Shown: one piece after another, positions 50,386 to 61,277 of the stretch
Layout: the number at the start of each line of letters is the position of its first letter
Position numbering within the stretch: the stretch's first letter is position 1
Source: Naegleria gruberi
Taxonomy: Eukaryota
Strand: one strand, 5' to 3'
Length of the DNA: 64,000 nucleotides
NCBI GenBank assembly: GCA_000004985.1
Contig: GG738893.1
Made by a program: the position numbers and the translations under genes
Notes under the pieces: model-generated
Database searches by the model: none
Told to the model about the DNA's origin: nothing
What the model saw: only the letters and a program-made list of their open reading frames with translations

Positions 50386-52929
50386 TTAATCATCATTGCC
50401 AGCATACTTATTGTACACAGAACCCAGGAAGCTCTTTGGAATTTCCATTTTGTCCAGCCTTACAGGTTGTGGTTTGTTGTGAGGTCTGGAAAATGAAGAG
50501 CAACAAGCCCAAATAATATAACTAACTTGCACACTAAGCCATCTAGCATGTCCTCTGGAATCAACACATTCTGCCATTAATTCTTTTCTATTTCTATCAG
50601 AGCTGAACATTTTCATGAGAGAAGCTGAATCATTATTATTGGTGGATTTTAGATTTGAAGGAGGAAGATCAATACCTGGAATCTTTAAAGAATAGACATT
50701 GACTTCTGGGAGGTTAGGTAAGTGCTTATTAATTTGAGTTACAGCAAATCTGATAATGAAGAGAAGACCCAGTCTCGGGTATGTTGGGAATTCCACGTCT
50801 GGAATACCTTCCAACTTTTCTAATTCTTGTAAAATCTTTGGGATGTTAAATACTACATTATGTTGACTGCTAATTGTAACATTTTCAACATCTTTCTTTT
50901 TGAAAGAAATAATGCATTGTTTCAAAGAATGAATAAGCTCCTTGAAGGTTAATGGTGGGATAAATCCAACATCCATTGACATTCTCTCGTTTCTATTTGG
51001 CAGCTCAATAAGAGTCTTTTCAATAAGCATTAACAATGAAGGAATTGATATATCTAACGGAATGACCATGTCTAGTTCATCAACATGACTTGAAATATAC
51101 TCAAAGATCTTTAAAATAATGTTAGTCAGTGTCATACTACTAAAGTTAGGACACTCAATGTTTGGTTCATCCAATGTTTCAAACATCTCTGCAATAATTT
51201 CAAAAGCAGATGCAAAATTAGTTTCACCAAATCCTAAATCAATCTTCTTTTCGGTGAAATTCTTCATAAAGAAGCATCTTGATGCAATTCTACACACTGA
51301 GGATGGTTTCTCAAATGCTTTCACACCAGGAAGCCACACTTTTGGATCTTGAACTCTATCAATCTTCTTGATTAAATGTTCAAATACCATAAACTTGGAA
51401 AGTTTGAATAAATTCTTCTTTAAAATCTTTGAGATTGCAATCTCAGTTTCCTTTTCCTTTTTTTGTGTCTTGATATTTGATTTTAAGAAGATACCATGTC
51501 GACCTTCTTCTGTATTGAATTGACCATAATAAATGGTTGAAAACATTGTATAGGGGAATCTTCTTGCTCTCTTGTATGAACTCTCTTTCTTTTTTGAATT
51601 GTATGCGAAAGTGTAGATTGCTTGATCTGTTAAACATAATAATCTTTCTTGGAATTGACCTCTGTGATTAATCTTATTTACTGTCCATCCATACTTGAAT
51701 TCCTCAGCCTTCTTTGCTTGTATTCCTTCACTTTTTTCGTAATCTGCCCAATACTGATTGATACTCTCAATGCAGTTTTGTTTTTCTTCTTCTTTTAATT
51801 GGTAAAAGCTCTCAGAGTTTGAAATGATTTCTAATAAAGGATCCACGGTTTTAAAATTCAATGCAGCATAGTTTGTGAGATCCTTCATCAATTCAATAAG
51901 ATCGTCTTGTTCCTGATTTGTTATCTGTTCTAATTTTACAAATTTCTTTCTCATCATTTCAAATTTACAAGCAATTCCAATAGCTTTTGAAATTTCTTTT
52001 GGAGAAACATGACCAATGTGATATCTATAAACACCATAAATATACAAGGTCTTTTTACAAATATAACAAAAACCAGAATCTGGAGGTTTTGGTTTTCTAT
52101 CATCTTCACTGTTTCTAAACACTATTGTATCAACGGCATCTGCAATTTCATTTGCTTCCAAGCCATGTTCATGAGTTACAAGTCTGAAAGCACTGATTAG
52201 TGAAAGAATGGAATAACTACATTCCAGACTGCAAAAGTTACTTAGACAAAGGTCAACATTTCCTGCCTTTTCAAATGATTCCCAATCCACTTCAATCTTG
52301 AGGTCATAACTTGGAAGCAACATTTCACCCTTAATAGAATTTTGAGAAATTGAAATTGATCTTGTGATAAACTCTTGATAGTATTCTCTATTAACTCCTA
52401 GAAGAGAACCCAACTTTAACATGAAAGAATTACTGCCAACATCTCCCATAAGGGAAGGTCCTTCATCAAATACAACAGCAATTTGTAAATTTCCATCAAT
52501 AAGAGTTAATGTTGTAGAGTTAATATCAGATATTACCGAGTACTCTTCATCACATCGTTGATAATCTAATCCATCAGCAACAAATAATGTCTCGTTCACC
52601 AGCTCTTCTTTCAAGAATGGTTTTGCTGCTACCGTTATCTTTTTAACCTTTTGAGCAAAGGATGTTCTTATATTCTCGTAATCTTCTCTCTGTAATAAAA
52701 ACTCTATAACATCTAACAAGTGTCCGAGAATGAAAAAGCCATCCCAAACTTGAAGATGTTCCAGAGAATTTTCAAAGTTATTACTAAATTGTTTAATACT
52801 TGAAAAATTAACCTCTACATCTATCAGTTCTCCAATAAGGGACATAAGCTTGTCTTTAACAGCTGGTATAATCTCTCCCTTAATTTTATCCTCCATAATT
52901 TGAGCCTGAAGGTTAACTTTTACACTCAT
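50386..52929 (-). CDS. large hypothetical protein (~848 aa)
   Basis: Uninterrupted ORF with a true ATG at 52927..52929. No confident family assignment from sequence. Confidence 0.45.
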   Translation of the reverse strand: MSVKVNLQAQIMEDKIKGEIIPAVKDKLMSLIGELIDVEVNFSSIKQFSNNFENSLEHLQVWDGFFILGHLLDVIEFLLQREDYENIRTSFAQKVKKITVAAKPFLKEELVNETLFVADGLDYQRCDEEYSVISDINSTTLTLIDGNLQIAVVFDEGPSLMGDVGSNSFMLKLGSLLGVNREYYQEFITRSISISQNSIKGEMLLPSYDLKIEVDWESFEKAGNVDLCLSNFCSLECSYSILSLISAFRLVTHEHGLEANEIADAVDTIVFRNSEDDRKPKPPDSGFCYICKKTLYIYGVYRYHIGHVSPKEISKAIGIACKFEMMRKKFVKLEQITNQEQDDLIELMKDLTNYAALNFKTVDPLLEIISNSESFYQLKEEEKQNCIESINQYWADYEKSEGIQAKKAEEFKYGWTVNKINHRGQFQERLLCLTDQAIYTFAYNSKKKESSYKRARRFPYTMFSTIYYGQFNTEEGRHGIFLKSNIKTQKKEKETEIAISKILKKNLFKLSKFMVFEHLIKKIDRVQDPKVWLPGVKAFEKPSSVCRIASRCFFMKNFTEKKIDLGFGETNFASAFEIIAEMFETLDEPNIECPNFSSMTLTNIILKIFEYISSHVDELDMVIPLDISIPSLLMLIEKTLIELPNRNERMSMDVGFIPPLTFKELIHSLKQCIISFKKKDVENVTISSQHNVVFNIPKILQELEKLEGIPDVEFPTYPRLGLLFIIRFAVTQINKHLPNLPEVNVYSLKIPGIDLPPSNLKSTNNNDSASLMKMFSSDRNRKELMAECVDSRGHARWLSVQVSYIIWACCSSFSRPHNKPQPVRLDKMEIPKSFLGSVYNKYAGNDD

Positions 52930-53418
52930 CTCCAATTCTTTTTAATTTTTTTGATGATGAAGAGAATGGCCAATGATCACTCAAACTTGTTTTACTGTTC
53001 TTAAAAAGTCGACATGGTATTTGCTGCTCTCTCAAGAAATAGTAATCAACATGCCAAAACTCTAAAACTCTGCTATCATTTTTTCAATTCAAAGACCATT
53101 ATTATTAAATAATAGTGCTTTATCAATAAGCTTTAGAATGGTTTTAAAGCATGTTAGTGAATTTGTCTTGCCTTAAAAAATAATATAAAATAATTCAAAC
53201 CAGAATAAATTCTTCTGCTCTTAAAAAATATCATCGGAAGAGTGGTACCATTAATGATATATAACAACTGATGAAGCAAATTGTGCCGCCTCAGGCGGAA
53301 AGTTAATATGTCGATAAACACTCTCATGACCTTTATTCTGATCTGTTTCTTTGATAATAAGATTATCAAATAGAGTTTCAATATTGATTTGAATTTTGAT
53401 TTTTACATCCATCAAAAA

Positions 53419-54894
53419 ATGAGAAGAAGCTTGTTATTGAGGAGAAAGAATGTTTGCTCTTCCGAATTTAATTTAATGAAGAGTGCTATTACTTGCACTG
53501 CTACTTCTTCTAAAATGTCTTTCGGAACAAGCCAATACAATTTTGCAACAAGGAGAGTTATTGCTAATGGTGATAATACAGAGGATGAGTTGTCGAGAGA
53601 ATTATCACCTCTCTATCCAAAAATTAAAACAACAAGATTATTTACACTTTTATATAGTGGACAAATGTTTTCGGATTTGGCACTATCAGATGCAACCTTG
53701 CAACGAGTTAAAACAATTTTGAATGATTCTCTCTTCCTAGGAGTGGATAAACCAAGTCATAGATTTATTGATGAGGAAATTAAAACCAGAAGACAAAAAG
53801 TTCCAATAGTAACAATTATGGACTTGTTATCGTATGATGAAAAGGAAATTGCAGCTTTGGATAATCAAATGCAAATATATCAACAAACAACTAAAGAGCT
53901 TGCACCTCAGGACAAATGGAATTATTGTGACGTTCTCATTAAGAAAATTAATCACTCACTGGAAAGCAATGAAATAAGACGTGTGGATCCACTTATGAAA
54001 TTATTGACAAACATTTTGAAATCATTAGGAGTTGAATCACCAGAAGAACACCCAACAATTTGCTATTTAATGAACAAAAGACTGCTTCACGATGCAGATA
54101 GAGAATTTTATAAGGCAAACGAAGAACTGTTGCAAACAATGAGGAGTATGCCAAAAGATGTTTTTGATAATGACAAAGATGTAAATAGAAAGAAGGTAGT
54201 CGACTCTGCAAAGGCAGAACAATTAGCAAAATTATTAATTGGAGATTTCAAATTTAAGAGGGCAATTTACATGATGCAATTATCTGCAGAGGTTTACGAT
54301 ATTATATTGGAGAAGCACAGAGAGCACTTTACTCAAAAAGAAATTGAAATTATCAAATCAGATCGCGAAAGAAGATACTACTGTCTCATTCAGCTACATG
54401 CTTTTGTATCTTCTTTGGCAAGTGAATATGCTCATGTCTGTAGAAAAGACTCTAGGGAATATTATGTAGATAATGGAAATGCTTTATATTTGCTAATGAC
54501 TAGAGATTATTCAATTGATGCCAGGAAAGAAGGAAAGCTCAAGTCAGCTTTCAGAAAAGAAGCCAGTATTAATGCATTTGCTGTAACCAAGTATATTCGT
54601 CATTTGAAAAAGAAGTCACCAGAAATTGAGAAACGTTATCCAATGGTTAAAATTGTTGGACTCAATGCTACCAGATCTCTATTACCACACAGATTTAGAA
54701 ATCTTGCACTCGTACTTGTAGCATTGGGATTGATCTATTTATGCTATCTGATAGTTCTCTACATTTTGGATATTAGAAAAGCAGATAGAGAAATTGCAGA
54801 AGCAAAAGCTCAACGAAGACGAGAAATGATTGAAATTCTGAAACCTCAGACTGAAACTGAAAAACAACTTTCAAATGATGACGATGAGTTTTAA
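53419..54894 (+). CDS. coiled-coil protein with a C-terminal transmembrane anchor (tail-anchored), hypothetical
   Basis: The ATG follows an A-run. A single hydrophobic helix (NLALVLVALGLIYLCYLIVLYIL) lies near the C-terminus. Confidence 0.45.
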   Translation: MRRSLLLRRKNVCSSEFNLMKSAITCTATSSKMSFGTSQYNFATRRVIANGDNTEDELSRELSPLYPKIKTTRLFTLLYSGQMFSDLALSDATLQRVKTILNDSLFLGVDKPSHRFIDEEIKTRRQKVPIVTIMDLLSYDEKEIAALDNQMQIYQQTTKELAPQDKWNYCDVLIKKINHSLESNEIRRVDPLMKLLTNILKSLGVESPEEHPTICYLMNKRLLHDADREFYKANEELLQTMRSMPKDVFDNDKDVNRKKVVDSAKAEQLAKLLIGDFKFKRAIYMMQLSAEVYDIILEKHREHFTQKEIEIIKSDRERRYYCLIQLHAFVSSLASEYAHVCRKDSREYYVDNGNALYLLMTRDYSIDARKEGKLKSAFRKEASINAFAVTKYIRHLKKKSPEIEKRYPMVKIVGLNATRSLLPHRFRNLALVLVALGLIYLCYLIVLYILDIRKADREIAEAKAQRRREMIEILKPQTETEKQLSNDDDEF

Positions 54895-55008
54895 ATAAAT
54901 TTCAATTTCAAATTGTTTTTTATCACTAAACATGTTGCAACATCAATTTCCAACATGAAATAAATATTTGAAGTTGATTAATATAATAAATTCAGAAAAC
55001 ATAAAAAA

Positions 55009-58000
55009 ATGGTCAACATTAGCTCGGAGAAACTTCATCAAACACAACAAGATACTGAACATGTGAGAAATATTTGTATTATTGCTCACGTTGATCACGG
55101 AAAAACAACATTATCAGATTTTTTAATATCCAGTAATGGAATCATCAGTAGTAACTTGGCAGGAAAGATGAGATACATGGATAGTACAGCCTACGAACAA
55201 GAAAAGAGAATTACAATGAAAAGTAGTGCTATTAGTTTATTATATAAAGATAAAAACGATGAAAATTCGGATGAATATATAATTAATTTAATCGATTCAC
55301 CAGGGCACGTGGATTTTAGTAGTGAAGTGAGTACAGCAGCAAGACTTTCCGATGGATGTTTAGTGTTAGTGGATGTTGTTGAAGGTGTTTGTACACAAAC
55401 AAAGACAGTTCTTGAACAAGCCTTCAGAGAAAATATTAAACCATGTCTAGTTTTAAATAAGATTGATCGTTTGATACTTGAAAAACAAATGACACCAATG
55501 GAAGCTTACAAACAAATGTTACACATTTTACAACAAGTCAACGTATTATTGACAACTTTTGTTACAGTTCAATTATTCAAGAAAATTAATGAACAAGATG
55601 AAAAGAAGGAAGATACAAAGGAAGAGGAAACAAAGGATCAATCAAAGCAACAATATGACAATGTTTTTGATGATAATGAAGTTGACAGTAATGACTTTTT
55701 CTCACCATCAAAGGGTAACGTTTTGTTTGCTAGTGCCTATGATGGTTGGGGATTTAGAATTAATGATTTTAGTGAAATTTTCTCAAAGAAGATGGGTATG
55801 AATAAGAATACACTTCAACAAACACTTTGGGGTGATTTTTATTTGAATCCAAAGAAGAAAGCAATCTCAAAAAAGCCAATCAAAGATGATCAACCAAATA
55901 TGTTTGTTCAATTCATTTTGCAAAACATTTATAGTGCATACGATTGTTTACTGATTAATCGTGATGAAGAAAAGATTAAGAAAATGATCCAAGCTTTAGA
56001 TTTGAATTTATCTAAAGCATTCTTGTCAAAGAATGATCACAAGAGTCAGCTTAAAACATTGATGAATCAATGGTTACCAATGTCTGATTCCATCTTATCT
56101 ATGGTTGTTAGCAGGTTACCAAATCCAAAAGAAGCTCAAAAGGAAAGAGTCTTAGACCTTATTCCAGAATTAAAGACAATCAAGGATAAAACCAATGAAA
56201 CTAAGAAATCAAACCAAGTCAATGCTGAAATTAGAACTCAAAGAAGAAAGCTGAAGAAGAATTTAATGCAATGCGACAAGAGTGATAATGCTGAAGTGTT
56301 GATTTTCGTTTCAAAGATGTTCGAAGCTGATGAAATACCAACCCAAGGTGGTTCAGCAACTAAGATAGATCAAATCCAACTTCAAAGAGAAAGATTGAGA
56401 AAACTCAGAGAAGAAAGATTAAAGCAAAAGGAGCTCGGAGAAACTTCCACAACAGAAACTGACTCTGCTCAACCTACTGAAGGTTCTGAATCAACAGAAA
56501 CAAATGAAGAAAATAACCAAGAGAATGATACTGAAGCAAGCAAGCTTGTTGCTTTTTGTAGAATTTTCAGTGGTACAATCAGAGTTGGACAAACTTTGCA
56601 TATTCTTGGCCCAAGATACAATGCTTCCAATCCTAATGAAGATCGTATCGAATTCAAGGTTGATAAGCTCTTCCTTTTGATGGGTAGAGGTCTGGAATGT
56701 GTTGATAGTGTGCCAGCTGGTAATATTTTCGGTTTGGGTGGTGTTGGTAAGCATATTTTGAAAACTGCCACTATTTCATCAAGCACTCATTCACCAATCT
56801 TCTCGGCAATGTATGTCCAATCTATTCCTATTGTTAGATTTGCTATAGAACCACAAAATTTGATGGATATGCCAAAATTGGTTAAGGGTCTCAAACTCTT
56901 GAACCAAGCCGATCCATCTGTTGAAGTACTTGTACAAGAAACAGGTGAACATGTTATTGTCACTGCTGGAGAAGTCCATGCCGAAAGATGTATAAGAGAT
57001 TTGAATGAAAGATTCGCCAAGGTTCCAATAACTGTTTCTCCACCACTTGTCAGTTTCAGAGAAACTATTATTGAACAACAAAAGGAACCAGTAATAGCCT
57101 CTAAGAAAACTGGTAACAAGAGATGGACCATCAAGATTAAGGCTATTCCACTCCCTGAAAATATTGCCCACTACATCGATAAACATAAGGAAGATTTCAG
57201 AGCTTATTTCTCTAACGACTCTAGAAGAACATCCAAGTCTGTCTTTGTTACCTCTGAGGTTATTGATGGATTGAAACAACAATTTATTGATGCAGGAAAG
57301 CAATGGGAAACTGAGTGGGATAATGTGTGGTGTTTAGGTCCAAGAAGAATTGGTCCAAATGTACTCTTGAATCACATTCCAGATTACAAAACACCAAACT
57401 TTGAACCTTTGCACAAACAAGTTGCTGACATGTTGGCAGAAAATGAAGACGAAGAAACAACAGCAACAGAGGAACCAGTTGAAACATCTGAAAGAATAGA
57501 ATCCCTTAAACAATTTGATCACAGTTTTATTTCAGGCTTCCAACTTGCTACAAACTCTGGTCCATTGTGTGACGAACCAATGTATGGCGTTTGTTTCTGT
57601 ATTGAAGATGTAGTTTTCGAAACTGAGGGAATTCATGACGAAGACTTTGGTGGTCCATTTACTGGACAAATCATGAGTTCAATGAAGACTGCTTGTAGAA
57701 AATCCTTTGATAACAGTCAAAGAAGATTGGTAGAAGCCATGTACGATTGTGAAATTCAAGCTACCAATGAAAGTGTTGGTAGTGTTTGTGATGTTTTGAG
57801 AAGAAGAAGAGCCAAGATTTATTCAGATGATATGGAGGAAGGAAGTGGTCTCTTCATTATCAAATGTCACTTGCCAGTTGCTGAAAGTTTTGGATTTTCA
57901 GAAGAATTAAGAACAAGAACAAGTGGTGCTGCTCAACCTCAAATTGCATTCTCACATTGGCAAATTCTCGATGTGGATCCATTCTTTGTTCCAACCACTG

Positions 58001-58158
58001 AAGATGAGCTTGAAGAATGGGGAGAAAAGGGTCTTATCAATATTCCAAATATTGCCAAGCAATATATTGATGCTGTAAGAAAGAGAAAGGGTTTGATGCT
58101 TGACAAGAAGACTGTTGAATCTGCTGAAAAGCAAAGAAACTTATCAAAGAAGAAGTAA
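55009..58158 (+). CDS. EFL1: elongation factor-like GTPase 1 (EFL1/Ria1; 60S ribosome maturation GTPase)
   Basis: RNICIIAHVDHGKTTLSDFLISSNGIISSNLAGKMRYMDS ... LIDSPGHVDFSSEVSTAARLSDGCLVLVDVVEGVCTQTKTVLEQAF ... LNKIDRL is almost residue-for-residue with human EFL1. The G-domain starts at residue ~20, so this is EFL1, not Snu114. A large insertion lies between G-domain elements. The EF-2-like C-terminus reads GFQLATNSGPLCDEPMYGV. Confidence 0.85.
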   Translation: MVNISSEKLHQTQQDTEHVRNICIIAHVDHGKTTLSDFLISSNGIISSNLAGKMRYMDSTAYEQEKRITMKSSAISLLYKDKNDENSDEYIINLIDSPGHVDFSSEVSTAARLSDGCLVLVDVVEGVCTQTKTVLEQAFRENIKPCLVLNKIDRLILEKQMTPMEAYKQMLHILQQVNVLLTTFVTVQLFKKINEQDEKKEDTKEEETKDQSKQQYDNVFDDNEVDSNDFFSPSKGNVLFASAYDGWGFRINDFSEIFSKKMGMNKNTLQQTLWGDFYLNPKKKAISKKPIKDDQPNMFVQFILQNIYSAYDCLLINRDEEKIKKMIQALDLNLSKAFLSKNDHKSQLKTLMNQWLPMSDSILSMVVSRLPNPKEAQKERVLDLIPELKTIKDKTNETKKSNQVNAEIRTQRRKLKKNLMQCDKSDNAEVLIFVSKMFEADEIPTQGGSATKIDQIQLQRERLRKLREERLKQKELGETSTTETDSAQPTEGSESTETNEENNQENDTEASKLVAFCRIFSGTIRVGQTLHILGPRYNASNPNEDRIEFKVDKLFLLMGRGLECVDSVPAGNIFGLGGVGKHILKTATISSSTHSPIFSAMYVQSIPIVRFAIEPQNLMDMPKLVKGLKLLNQADPSVEVLVQETGEHVIVTAGEVHAERCIRDLNERFAKVPITVSPPLVSFRETIIEQQKEPVIASKKTGNKRWTIKIKAIPLPENIAHYIDKHKEDFRAYFSNDSRRTSKSVFVTSEVIDGLKQQFIDAGKQWETEWDNVWCLGPRRIGPNVLLNHIPDYKTPNFEPLHKQVADMLAENEDEETTATEEPVETSERIESLKQFDHSFISGFQLATNSGPLCDEPMYGVCFCIEDVVFETEGIHDEDFGGPFTGQIMSSMKTACRKSFDNSQRRLVEAMYDCEIQATNESVGSVCDVLRRRRAKIYSDDMEEGSGLFIIKCHLPVAESFGFSEELRTRTSGAAQPQIAFSHWQILDVDPFFVPTTEDELEEWGEKGLINIPNIAKQYIDAVRKRKGLMLDKKTVESAEKQRNLSKKK

Positions 58159-58317
58159 AATATCTTGCTGATCACCCTTATTTAAACTTTGAGTCAACAG
58201 TCACAAATCACTTGATTAATCCCAAGTTTTACGACGTTCAATTCAAGTTTCCCATTTATTGAACTTGTGAATTACTAAATGAGAGAAACCAAATTAGTAT
58301 ATTGTTTACAATCTTTA

Positions 58318-61144
58318 TTAATTAGTATATTCAAGTAAAGTATTAAAAACCCATCTAATAATTGTGTTTTTAATTATTACACTTTCGACTCCCAATGGTT
58401 GCGAGAGAGCATGTTTAATCTTTGCTTCTTTATCACCATTAAAACTAATTAGTGCGTCAATAATATTTTCAAAATCACTTCCATAAATTTCAACAATCAC
58501 AAGCCTGTTTTCGGATATTCCAATACACTCTTTCAATAAAACATGTATTTCGTCTTCTTTCCAACATTTTGGAGTTAATTTATCGAGAACAACATTACCA
58601 ATTATTATCCTTCCTGAAGCTCTCTGTAATGCTGGAATATTTAAAACACTAGTAGAATATTGTGAAACAGTGTGCATTTGAGAGGATCCAATATTTGCAA
58701 TATTTGATGATATATCTGAAAAAGGAGTATGTGAATATTCTAAAGTTTGTGGGGATGAATTATTTTGAAAGAATCCAGACTGAAAACAAATCATTTCTCT
58801 ATACAAATCTTTCTTTTTCGTACAGTAATTATGAAATAGAGAATACAATTCATTGCTTAATAAATTCTGCAAGCCCTTCTTAGACAGTAATAATACTTGA
58901 AAACCTCCTTTCTTCAATTGTAACCAAGACTCTGTTCCAACCCTTGACTTTGTGTAGCTTAATTTTCCATCGTCCTGTAAATAGCATGTTTCTGTTATTA
59001 GAAGTGATCCAGAATTATCAGCATTATTTTCAATGACTCTCTGCAATTCGTCTGAAAATCCCAGAACTACCATTATTAATAAAAAGTGTAAATTATCTCC
59101 CTGTAATGATGGTTTTTCATCACAGCTATAGGTATTGGGTAGGAAATTTACCGCTTGATCGATTTCCTTTTGTAAAAGATCCTTAGTAAAATTCTTTTCA
59201 AACAATTCCACATCAAACAATAATAATTTTCTTAATAATTGAGATGAAGTTTTGTTCAAAGTTATTAATATATCAAATCCAGTATTTGTTTCTCCACCAG
59301 GAATAGCAGCACAAAATTGATTTCCACTCATAGCGTCATCTAACACTGAAATAAATGATGTATAACTAGTTTTTAGGTACTTTCCAAATCCCATCGTTTG
59401 GTAGTCGAACTTCTCAGTCGTACTTGTTGGTGAAAATCCAGGAATTAACTTATTATGTGTTTCAAAATTGGAAGGTAATTCTAAATTACTAAAAAAGGTA
59501 TCTTTGAATATGCCACCACATAAATCCCCAAATAGAATAACTTCTCTTGTTTTTGTAAATGAGATAACTAACATTTCAGCCAATAGATCAATGACCGATA
59601 ATTCCAATGCCTTGGGAGCTTTGAGAACATTGTTATTGTTTTGCAATAATTGGTAACGAATTCCACTGATAGGTGCTTTAAATTGTGCCAAGTTCTTTAA
59701 AATACTATCTTTCATTAGCTTGGGAATGATAATCTTGATGACATTATCTTCCAAAACTTGAAAATGGAGTTTCAAATAAGGAATTATTTCAATCAAGTTT
59801 CTCCAACTCCTGTTAAAGTATATTTTCTAAAACTATTATTAAATCCATAACTAATATACTCACTGTTTGTAAGGGTATTGCAACATCAAAGGAATGGATA
59901 AAATATAATTGAGCCACTAAATTGGCTTCTTCTCTAGTCTTGATATTGATGGTTATATCACTTTGTTTTTGATCAGAATTTACAACAGCTTTACAAATTT
60001 TCTCTCTTGATGATAAATCATTCAAGTTGTACAATATGCTTTTGAATGCATTTTCCATTATTCTAGGAACAGTACCTGTATAATCCACAAGAATATCTAT
60101 AAATTCCTCAATATCATTTAATCCTAACAACTTGAAAGCATCTAATAGTGAAATTTTGCATTCCCCTTTTTGCACAACACTTTGTTCAAGCAATATTTGA
60201 ATAACTTCTTTTGTCATTGAGGACAAAAAGACAAGACAGTAATCAGAAGGTAAACTTCCTTTGAATATTTGATTATTTTCTTGCAAAGCCAAATGTACTG
60301 GAATATGTCCACTAAATATAACAGTACTCCTAATGGGAGTAATAAGGTGAGTAACATCTGACCATAATTCTTGAAACCGACTCAAATACAGATCATCACA
60401 ACCTATCTTACATGTGTTCCATTTAGAATCTTTCAATTGTCCTTCAAAATCATTCAACAAAATTGCATCTACTTCATCAATAAATACTAAATATCCTTCA
60501 GGTAAGGATTCATCACTATTTAAAGCTTGAAATATTTGGCTTGCTGAATAATGCTCTTGATTTGTAATATTCTTCAATTTTTGGTGAAATCTTCGTCGTT
60601 GTTTTAAAAGTTCTGGTGGTGTGTTTTCTATTGCTTTTTGAATTAATTGGCATTCATAGGACCAAACCACAAAATCAGCAATTTTTTGGCTCATACTTTC
60701 AATAGTTTGCCCTGAATAAAGAACTATGGGAAAATATCTAAAATCCAATTCAAATAACTGTAAGTCTCTAATCCATTTGTACTCCTCTTTCCATACGCCA
60801 TATTTGAATTCATATACCTCTCTGAACCTTCTTACCAAACTCGTTTTACCAATTCCAAAAGTTTGAAATAGGGACACTAATTTACTATTGCTCAGAGACG
60901 AATGCTTATTGGAAGCTAAGGTATTAACGATTCGTTCAGCTTCTTTTTCACGATTTACAAATTTTAAACGTAACGTTGCGGTTGTGAGGTCTTTTGTTGC
61001 TATGCTCGTACCAATTTTGTTTGCACTATTCGTTGGCGAAGTAGGTTTGGAATTGGAAGAATTGTTGGATGTGGTGGCTTCTTGCTTGTTCTTTTTGTTG
61101 AGCATTTCGTGCTCTGCAAGTTTATCCAGTTTTCGTTTATGCAT
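58318..61144 (-). CDS. large P-loop NTPase-domain protein (about 930 aa in total), reading frame interrupted near 59797..59815
   Basis: The N-terminal half has Walker A (FGIGKTSL) and Walker B (LVFIDEVDAIL). The two long minus-strand ORFs (59813..61144 and 58318..59796) are separated only by a TAA in one frame. The second frame is already open from 59817, so the two overlap within an A/T-rich run. No GT..AG intron of suitable length or phase is available. Confidence 0.45.
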
Positions 61145-61277
61145 TTTTTTTCGCTTAGTTTGCGTGTAATCCTCACAGTAATGGAATGGTAGCTTTCAAT
61201 ATTACTATTAGAATTAAGGTATTGCCTTAAAGTTTAGAAATTCTAGAAGTGTAAATTCATTCTTATCAGGTAGTCCT

